Below, piece after piece: positions 56,665-64,000 of a stretch of DNA of 64,000 bases. Both the position numbers and the translations under genes were made by a program. Every line of letters starts with the position of its first letter. Position 1 is the first letter of the stretch. The notes under the pieces are model-generated. The model saw nothing but the letters and a program-made list of their open reading frames with translations. It did no database searches and was not told the origin of the DNA. This stretch comes from Bdellovibrionales bacterium (GTDB lineage Bacteria; Bdellovibrionota; Bdellovibrionia; Bdellovibrionales; UBA1609), in assembly GCA_965203095.1 (NCBI GenBank), contig OZ241877.1, forward strand, positions 1,184,001 to 1,248,000, in the 5' to 3' direction.

Positions 56665-59121
56665 ATGAAGTTTAAAGATTTTGCAACTGGAAAGTTTGTT
56701 AAGTCTTCTCCAGAGGAAAAGATAAGACAAGAGTATGAAAAAATCTTAGTAAATGATTATGGTTATAAAAAATTAGAATTAGATATTGAAGTTTCTATTC
56801 CAAGAGGAACAGGATATTTCCCAGATTCTGCTGATATTGTCGTATTTAATTCATCAACTAAAAGAGACCCAGCGGCTAATATATTAGGAATTGTAGAAAC
56901 TAAACGCCCTGAGAGAAAAGATGGGCTAGCTCAGCTTAAGTCATACATGACAGCAACTTCTGCCATTTGGGGGGTGTGGACAAATGGTAGTGATATTGCT
57001 TATCTTTGCAAGCCTCCTGGAACAAACTCTATTTCAAAATATTATCTAAATAATATCCCTGCAAGAAGTCAATCTCTTCAAGATGTAGGAAGAATAAAGA
57101 AACAAGGTTTAAAACCTTTCGGAAGAGAAGAACTTAAAATAGCTTTTCGTAGGATTCTTCGCACTCTTTATACGAATACCAATATCAGTCGACGGGAAAA
57201 ATTAGGTGGGGAAATGATAAAATTAATTTTTTCAAAGATTGAAGATGAAAAAACATATTTAAATCGTATTCCTGATTTTCGTTCAGAAGCAGGGGAAAAT
57301 TCAGAAGTAGTAAAAAAACGAATTGACAAACTTTTTGAAAGAGTAAAAGAAGAATTAAAAAATGATGGAGTTTTTCATTCTCACGAAAAAATTAATCTGG
57401 AAGCCAGATCAGTGGCTTGGGTGGTTGGACAATTAGAGCGTGGAAGCTTACTGAAGACTGATACAGATGTGGTTGGAGATGCTTTTGAGATTTTTGCAGA
57501 ATCTCCTTTAAAAGGGGAAAAGGGTGAGTTTTTTACACCTCGTGGAGTTATTAAACTTGCAGTAAAACTTATTGATCCAAAACCTGGAGAATCTATTTGT
57601 GATCCAGCCTGTGGATCAGGAGGATTTCTAATTTATTCCATGAAACATATATGGAATTTAATGGAAAGGGACCCTAAATGGAAAGGATCTCCAAAATTAA
57701 GTGAACATAAGCAAAGAGTAGCTTCACAATCTATATTTGGAATAGATAAAGAATCTGATTTGGTGAAAATTGCGAAAGCTTATATGGCTATTTCAGGAGA
57801 TGGGAGAAGTAATATGGTTTATGAAAATACTTTACATGAAATCACAGAATTTTCACCTTTTGCCAAACAAAAATTTATAGAAGATAATCGATTTAGAAAG
57901 TTTGATGTGATTTTAACCAATCCACCTTTTGGGACTAAAACTAAGGTTATAAAGTCTGATTCTAAAAACTTTCAACTTGGATATCAATGGAAAGAAACAA
58001 AAGAAGGGAAATTTAATAAAACTAATAAAGTATGTGAAAGAGAACCACATATTTTATTTATTGAACGTTGTCTTGATATGCTTAAAGAAAATGGAAAACT
58101 TGCTATCGTTCTTCCAGAGACTATTTTTCACGCTCCAAAAACAGATTACATTAGGAATTTCGTAAAAAGTCAAAATAGTATAGAAGCTATAATTGATTTG
58201 CCACATAATACTTTTCGGCCTCACTGTAATGCAAAGACCTGTCTCCTGATTTTAAATAAGGGAAAAAATCAAAATGACAAAGTCATTATGGCTACTCCAA
58301 AAGAAATGGGGCATAACCATCAAGGGAAAACTCTTTTCAGAAGAGGTACTGAGGAAATATGGGATGATCTGAAAGTAGTAATGAAAGAGATAAATGAGCC
58401 TGATCTAAAAGACAATCAATTCACCTTTTTAGTGCCATGGTCTAAAATCAAAGAAGCTGGAAATCTGATGCCTATTTATTATCAAAGTCTTTTCAAACCT
58501 CCTAAAATGTTAAAAGGACGATTCGGAATCAAAATAAATGATCTGTTTAATCAAAAAATCTTAGGTGCCTGGGATGGTCATGGTTCTCCTGCTTCTACAT
58601 CAAAGGGACAAGGAAAAATTCCTTATATTCGTGTAAGTGACATCGTTAATTGGGAGCTATACAGGAATCCTGTTACTGGTATTCCAGAGGAAATTTATAA
58701 AGAAATGACTCGGCATAAAACAAAACCTGAACCAAAAGATATTCTTTTTGTGCGACGAGGGAGTTATCGTATAGGAACAGTTGCTATGGTATCTCCTCAG
58801 GATAAAAAAGTGCTTTTAACAAGAGAACTACTTACTTTTAGAGTTTTGAATTTAGAAAACTCCTATGGTATCAATCCCTTTTACCTTCTTGGTTTATTAT
58901 CTTCAGAGTTTGTGCAAAATCAAATACCTTCAAAGGTTTTTATTGATACAACACTACCAAATATCGGAAGTAGGTGGAAAGACATTATTCTTCCTATTCA
59001 TAAGAATAAAAAGGAAATTGATGATTATACAGCTAAAGTTAAGTCTATTATTGATAATAAATGGAGAGCACAAAAAGAAATTCACCAAATGATAAACGAT
59101 TTTGGGAATATCGTAACCTAA
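56665..59121 (+). CDS. Fused restriction-modification enzyme (HsdR_N-like nuclease + N6-adenine MTase + TRD; type IIG-like)
   Basis: PEEKIRQ...ADIVVF...IVETKR; GEFFTPR, ICDPACGSGGFL, LTNPPFG; C-terminal IPYIRVSDI...DILFVRRGS TRD; more AT-rich than its neighbours. Confidence 0.88.
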   Translation: MKFKDFATGKFVKSSPEEKIRQEYEKILVNDYGYKKLELDIEVSIPRGTGYFPDSADIVVFNSSTKRDPAANILGIVETKRPERKDGLAQLKSYMTATSAIWGVWTNGSDIAYLCKPPGTNSISKYYLNNIPARSQSLQDVGRIKKQGLKPFGREELKIAFRRILRTLYTNTNISRREKLGGEMIKLIFSKIEDEKTYLNRIPDFRSEAGENSEVVKKRIDKLFERVKEELKNDGVFHSHEKINLEARSVAWVVGQLERGSLLKTDTDVVGDAFEIFAESPLKGEKGEFFTPRGVIKLAVKLIDPKPGESICDPACGSGGFLIYSMKHIWNLMERDPKWKGSPKLSEHKQRVASQSIFGIDKESDLVKIAKAYMAISGDGRSNMVYENTLHEITEFSPFAKQKFIEDNRFRKFDVILTNPPFGTKTKVIKSDSKNFQLGYQWKETKEGKFNKTNKVCEREPHILFIERCLDMLKENGKLAIVLPETIFHAPKTDYIRNFVKSQNSIEAIIDLPHNTFRPHCNAKTCLLILNKGKNQNDKVIMATPKEMGHNHQGKTLFRRGTEEIWDDLKVVMKEINEPDLKDNQFTFLVPWSKIKEAGNLMPIYYQSLFKPPKMLKGRFGIKINDLFNQKILGAWDGHGSPASTSKGQGKIPYIRVSDIVNWELYRNPVTGIPEEIYKEMTRHKTKPEPKDILFVRRGSYRIGTVAMVSPQDKKVLLTRELLTFRVLNLENSYGINPFYLLGLLSSEFVQNQIPSKVFIDTTLPNIGSRWKDIILPIHKNKKEIDDYTAKVKSIIDNKWRAQKEIHQMINDFGNIVT

Positions 59122-59448
59122 AAAAACATAATCAAATCTGAGGTTGGACAAGTTAAGCTTGAAAAGAAGATGGGCGGACTTGAGGCCAAGTTGAAGCCAT
59201 ACCGATTTCATTTTAAAATAAGGATTCAGTACAAATAGGCTATCACTGAGATGCATTTTGCATAGCTGGCTGGCCCACAGCCCGGATATATTGAATGGTT
59301 GGTCAACATAGTGACCAACTTATTGTGATTTTGTTATTAATTGTAAAAAATGCTGGTTCGGTATATAGGGCTTTTTAAAAATATACCTTAAGTAAAATCA
59401 ATACCCAGCAATATAGAGACTTTATTTTTCAATCAAAGAATAGGATTT

Positions 59449-60291
59449 TTATAAAAAAGAAGATAGACAAGGCTTGTTAGCATTGTTCAGCAGTTTAACC
59501 ACTTGGCTTTTAAATGTGGGCTGGATACCCTTTCGAGGAGTTCGACTCATCCACTCCTGCATAGCGGGATCTTTTTTATCAAGAGGAATGTCCGGCCTTC
59601 GAGAAAGATAATACTCTGGAATTTTGCCAAATTTGTTTTTTGCTTGAGGCTTTGCTCCCGCCTCTAATAGAATTTTAATGACTTGAATATTAGGATTGCT
59701 GGCTACGGCCAAATGCAAAGGGCTGTTGCCGTTTATATTTTTAGCATGAATATTTGCTCCTGCTTTTAAAAGGGCCAGTGTGACTTCTGGGTTAGGGTTA
59801 TCCTGAGCAGAATAGTGAATAGGGGTGCTTTTATGGTGGTTTAAAACATTCACATTCGCTCCAGCAGAAGTAAGAGCAGTGATCATTTTTGGATTGAGGT
59901 TATTTTGAGCTGACAAGTGCAAAGGGCTTAGCCAATGGCGGTCTTTAATATCAACATAATGATCAGCCCCTGCTTTTAAAAGAGCCAGTGTCACATCTGG
60001 GTTATTGTATCGAGCAGACAAATGCAATGGGCTTTGCCATTGGCTATTTGTAGCATAAACATCCGCACCAGCAGATAAAAGAGCAATGCTCACTTCCGGA
60101 TGAGGATTATATTGGGCCGAAACTCGCAATAGATAATTTATCGAAAAGTTATTTTTTAACGCTCCTTGTTCTATCAATTCCTGCACTTCTTTAGCAGAAC
60201 CTGTTTGCACTGTTAAAAAACCATTTTCTAAGGTTTTATCACCCCAAGACAAAGAGGCTATAAGAAGAAGGTTAACTATAATCTTCAACAT
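59449..60291 (-). CDS. Secreted ankyrin-repeat protein
   Basis: SPLHLSA..N.NP repeats; signal-like N-terminus; start uncertain (60291-60303). Confidence 0.9.
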   Translation of the reverse strand: MLKIIVNLLLIASLSWGDKTLENGFLTVQTGSAKEVQELIEQGALKNNFSINYLLRVSAQYNPHPEVSIALLSAGADVYATNSQWQSPLHLSARYNNPDVTLALLKAGADHYVDIKDRHWLSPLHLSAQNNLNPKMITALTSAGANVNVLNHHKSTPIHYSAQDNPNPEVTLALLKAGANIHAKNINGNSPLHLAVASNPNIQVIKILLEAGAKPQAKNKFGKIPEYYLSRRPDIPLDKKDPAMQEWMSRTPRKGIQPTFKSQVVKLLNNANKPCLSSFL

Positions 60292-60312
60292 TCCCATCCA
60301 CAACTCAACAAA

Positions 60313-61491
60313 TCAGGATGAAGTAAAAATTCTTCGGCAGTGGGATATTACTCTTTGTGGAAAAGACTTTCTACTTTTTATTTCTTTTAAAACAGGAGGA
60401 ACTAAACCGGGAAGTTCAGGAATAGTGAGGGAATCATCTTTAAGAGCTTTTAAAACTTGAGGGTTCATTTCTTCCATAGCATAATTTATTGGAGTGCGAC
60501 CTTGAGTATCTTCAACATGTTTATCTGCTCCAGCGGATAATAAGGGAGGGATAGCTAAGGCATTATTATTTAAAATCGCGTGGTGTAAAGGGGTTCTTGA
60601 TTCATAATCCATAGCATTCAGCTTTGCCCCTGCATTCAAAAGGGCAGTGATAACCTCAAGGGGTTTAGGGTTATTCCCGGTGGCTAAGTGCAAGGCGGTT
60701 CGGCCAGCTTTATCTCGACTATGAATATTCACACCGGCTTTTATGAGAATCTGAATAATGTTGGGCAGTAAATTCTCTTCAGCAGAAATATGCAGGAGGC
60801 TTAGCTTTTCTCTATCCACAAAATTGACATTTGACCCTCCCTGGATAAGAGTTTTAACAATTGAGGCAGAAGGGTTTTGGATAATAGCCAAATATATAGG
60901 GATCCGCCCCTCATGGTCCTGAGCTTGAACATCCGCCCCTCCTTTTATAAGTGCTTGAATCACTTTCGGGAAGGGATTGCTACTGGCGGCATAATGTAGG
61001 GCAGTGTAGCCCTTTTTATCCTGAGCTTGAACATCCACCCCCCCGGCGATAAGTGTTTGAATCACTTCCGAAAAGGGATTGCTTTTAGCGGCTAAGTGTA
61101 AAGCAGTTCGGCCCTCATGGTCTTGAGCTTTGACATCCACTCCTGCGTTGATAAGTGCTTGAATCACTCCTGGGAAAGGATTGCCTTTAGCGGCTAAGTG
61201 TAAAGGGTTTTGCCCCTTATCATCTACAATATCAACCTTTGCTCCTTTATTTAACAAAGCCTTAACATGTTGTGGGGCGATAGGCCCTTTTATAGGTGAG
61301 GTATTTTTTGCCCGAAACAAATCAGGTTTAGCCTTCTTAAGCTCATCATGTTGAAGGTGGGATGTAATTTCAGTATTTAAAAAAACTGTCAACAGTGCCT
61401 CTTCAGTTTGTTTCTGAGTGGCTTGAACATTTTCCCCTCCCATTGTGTTGAGAGAGAAAACCAACAAAACTACAGCTATATATTTATTCAT
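60313..61491 (-). CDS. Secreted ankyrin-repeat protein
   Basis: Signal peptide; about eight 34-aa ankyrin repeats (G.TALHLAA..NPFP.VIQ.LI..G.DV). Confidence 0.92.
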   Translation of the reverse strand: MNKYIAVVLLVFSLNTMGGENVQATQKQTEEALLTVFLNTEITSHLQHDELKKAKPDLFRAKNTSPIKGPIAPQHVKALLNKGAKVDIVDDKGQNPLHLAAKGNPFPGVIQALINAGVDVKAQDHEGRTALHLAAKSNPFSEVIQTLIAGGVDVQAQDKKGYTALHYAASSNPFPKVIQALIKGGADVQAQDHEGRIPIYLAIIQNPSASIVKTLIQGGSNVNFVDREKLSLLHISAEENLLPNIIQILIKAGVNIHSRDKAGRTALHLATGNNPKPLEVITALLNAGAKLNAMDYESRTPLHHAILNNNALAIPPLLSAGADKHVEDTQGRTPINYAMEEMNPQVLKALKDDSLTIPELPGLVPPVLKEIKSRKSFPQRVISHCRRIFTSS

Positions 61492-61599
61492 TTTTTTTCT
61501 CCTTTTTATTTATTTGCTCATTTTTTTGCCATAATTTTTTCTATTTTTCAAATTTTTTAAACAAAAGTGAAAATTTTTCCTATAGAACCGGGTTAAGCT

Positions 61600-62055
61600 T
61601 TATAATGGAGAACAAACAGATTGTGGGGAGGCAAATTTAATTACACCTTGGCCACTATGGCCTTGATAAACTTCCGGTGCCTCTATTCCGGTATCAGCGG
61701 GTTCCACACAGCGATATACTGGAGCTTTTGCCCCTCTAAAATCTTCTATAAAATACTTGCCACCCATGCAATGGCAGGTATGGGCTTTTTTACATTTGAC
61801 TGGAATATCAGGGTTTAATAACTGGCCAAATAAAGCAGAACCAGCCAATGCTTTCATCACATAATTTGCATATTCCTGACAGGTATTATAATGCCCAAGA
61901 TAAATTCCTGAATCGGGGCCTGGTTCTGCAAGTTGCCCTGGAGGTAAATCCGCCGAAGTAGCCAACTTCTCCGGAGAGGCTTGATTTTTAGGCTTGCTGT
62001 CACAAGACAAAAAAACAGATAAAATCCAAAAGATTTTTATTGTCCTTATAACCAT
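61600..62055 (-). CDS. Cys-rich putative lipoprotein
   Basis: Lipobox-like FLSC after a hydrophobic segment; several Cys residues. Confidence 0.55.
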   Translation of the reverse strand: MVIRTIKIFWILSVFLSCDSKPKNQASPEKLATSADLPPGQLAEPGPDSGIYLGHYNTCQEYANYVMKALAGSALFGQLLNPDIPVKCKKAHTCHCMGGKYFIEDFRGAKAPVYRCVEPADTGIEAPEVYQGHSGQGVIKFASPQSVCSPL

Positions 62056-62123
62056 ATAATTCTTCCTTTGTGGAAAAGTCTTAGTCAGTCTTTTCCACCC
62101 TTTGTTTGCATGGATAAGCTCTG

Positions 62124-62152
62124 CTGGATTTCCACCATCCGGTGGAAATGGC
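62124..62152. repeat. REP-like palindrome
   Basis: CTGG-ATTTCCACC-ATCC-GGTGGAAAT-GGC, perfect 9-bp stem. Confidence 0.55.
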
Positions 62153-62392
62153 TTGCTTTTTCAAATCCTATTTTTACATTTTACATTAGATTCCCATTTT
62201 CCACAAGATAAATTTCAGGTCATAGTGTTCATTTTTGCCGGTATCCGGCAGATCACTTAGTTTTTTAGCTCAAAACTCAAAAAAAATTTACTCTTTAGGG
62301 ACAGTTCTTTTGCTTATTACTTAAAAGAGAATCAAAAAAACCTTTTGTGAGAACAGGCCAAAGTTAAATATGGAAAAAAGAAAAGCTTGCTT

Positions 62393-63817
62393 ATGAAATT
62401 TTTTTCTTTTGTTAAAGAGGGATTCCTTTTTATCCCTGTAGAAATCCAAGTGAGTCTTTTAGCAGGACTTCCAGAAGTCAAATTTACTGGGCTTGTGGAT
62501 ATGGCCATTAAAGAGAGTGCCACCCGGCTAAAATCCGCTTTTAAAAAATCCGGTTTTAAATGGCCTTTAAGGCAACAAATGATCATCAACCTTTCTCCAG
62601 CTTATATTAAAAAAAGCAGTCCGGGGATGGATTTGGCCTTGGCCGGGGCTATTTTGTGGAAAACGGGTCAGATAGATTTTTCCCATTACAATGATACTTC
62701 TCTTTATTTTTATGGAGAGGTGGATTTGAATGCTCAAGTCCAAACACCGGAAAATTGGAAGTCTCTTCCTCTGCCAAACAAGCCCCTGATTATTGGTTCT
62801 TTAAGTGAAAGCAATTATAAAAATAAAATTTACTCTGTCAGCTCTTTAGGGGATCTGTCCAAGGGTAAGAAACTACCTGTCACACATTGGAAAAACCGTT
62901 TGAAGCCCCCGGAAACCCCGGACATTTCCTTTTCAAAATCAGCAGGAGATCTGTTAAAAATCACTGCTGTAGGTGAGCACCCCCTCCTTTTGTGTGGTCC
63001 GGCGGGATCTGGCAAAACCACTTTGGCAGAAAATCTTTATTATCTCCTCCCAGCCCCCAGCCAAAAATCCTTTGAAGAGCTGGAACGAATTTTAGGCATT
63101 GCTCAAAAATGGCGATCTTTTATTAACCCTCATCATACAACAAGCCCTTTATCTATTATTGGGGGAGGCTCCCCTCTTTTTTTAGGAGAAATCTCAAAGG
63201 CCCATGGAGGAATGCTTTTAATGGATGAATATTTAGAGTTTCATCCCAAAGTGCAGGAAGCTTTAAGAGAACCTTTAGAGAGGGGGGAAATTCGTTTGGT
63301 TCGAAAAGGGCAATGCATGCTATTTCCTGCTCGTTTTTTGCTGGTGGCGACCAGCAACCTCTGCCCTTGTGGGGACTATGAGCCTAACCAGCCGACACAA
63401 TGTGCTTATTCCCTCAGAAGATGCCAGTCTTATTTGGATCGCTTAAGTGGCCCTATGATGGATCGCTTTGATTTGTTGGCTTTTTCTAAAAATTGGAAGG
63501 GAGAAAAAACAGTTTCTTTAAAAAACCTTCAAGCAGAAGTCCAGCAGGCCATCGAGTTTCGCGAAATCAACAGGAAACAAGAAAAGCCCAACTCCCAACT
63601 GCAACTCAAATCATTAGAAGGCATGATAGGGGAGGACATAGCCCCTCTTTTGCCTCAAGATTGTTCTCATAGGAGAAAGCGAGCATTACTTCGTGTGGCT
63701 CGAACTCTCTCTGATTTAAAGCAAGAAGAAGAGATCAGTCTCCTCAGCATCCAAACCGCTTTAATTTTTACTGTTCGAAACTTTTTCTTTTTAAAAAACC
63801 GAATATTGGCTGGCTGA
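62393..63817 (+). CDS. comM: YifB/ComM Mg-chelatase-like AAA+ ATPase
   Basis: INLSPAYIKK...DLALA, GPAGSGKT, PHHT, GEISKAHGG.L.MDE, LREPLE, NLCPCG, LSGPMMDRFD, LRVARTLSDL. Confidence 0.9.
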   Translation: MKFFSFVKEGFLFIPVEIQVSLLAGLPEVKFTGLVDMAIKESATRLKSAFKKSGFKWPLRQQMIINLSPAYIKKSSPGMDLALAGAILWKTGQIDFSHYNDTSLYFYGEVDLNAQVQTPENWKSLPLPNKPLIIGSLSESNYKNKIYSVSSLGDLSKGKKLPVTHWKNRLKPPETPDISFSKSAGDLLKITAVGEHPLLLCGPAGSGKTTLAENLYYLLPAPSQKSFEELERILGIAQKWRSFINPHHTTSPLSIIGGGSPLFLGEISKAHGGMLLMDEYLEFHPKVQEALREPLERGEIRLVRKGQCMLFPARFLLVATSNLCPCGDYEPNQPTQCAYSLRRCQSYLDRLSGPMMDRFDLLAFSKNWKGEKTVSLKNLQAEVQQAIEFREINRKQEKPNSQLQLKSLEGMIGEDIAPLLPQDCSHRRKRALLRVARTLSDLKQEEEISLLSIQTALIFTVRNFFFLKNRILAG

Positions 63818-63916
63818 TTGCAAATATCCTCCCTACAAACTTTGCTAAAAAGCGTGATCTCTTTAATTTCTTCTTCTAGAAAATTGACGGCTAATTTGAA
63901 GGGGAATTAAATGGGT

Positions 63917-64000
63917 TTATTGCTGTTTGGCTAAGAGTTTATCCAGCTTTTCATTGAGCTTAGCCTGTCCCGCCTCAAGCCCCTCTATTCTTTTCTCAAG
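63917..64000 (-). CDS. C-terminus of a coiled-coil protein (partial, window edge)
   Basis: Manual translation LEKRIEGLEAGQAKLNEKLDKLLAKQQ*. Confidence 0.5.
   Translation of the reverse strand, partial: LEKRIEGLEAGQAKLNEKLDKLLAKQQ

Overview
Low-GC bacterial chromosomal window. Gene content (TamB/TamA-efp cluster, LysM/TsaP-like protein, S74-chaperone fibre protein, several secreted ankyrin proteins) suggests a Bdellovibrionota-like, possibly host-associated organism (inference only). Core genes: murB, sua5/tsaC, efp, ruvC-ruvA, purF-purL, purB-purC-purS, tatA, murG-murC, comEC-like, comM. Accessory content: a type III R-M locus with an RhuM gene between mod and res, a fused type IIG-like R-M gene, a DUF4143 ATPase behind a 31-bp palindromic tandem array, ankyrin and pentapeptide proteins, and decayed REP-like repeats. 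The main structure is at 39-49 kb. An IS1634-family element (43586-45518, perfect 19-bp inverted repeats) sits exactly between two direct copies of a 3343-bp segment (40243-43585 and 45519-48868). This resembles a giant target-site duplication and leaves one intact fibre gene and one intact murG. The fibre gene joins a type IV prepilin-like N-terminus to Gly-rich and Cys-rich repeats and an S74 chaperone. It carries two slippage tracts: an in-frame C17 tract in the leader, and a (TCCCCCC)n tract that already differs between the two copies. All calls come from reading motifs by eye; no database searches were run.
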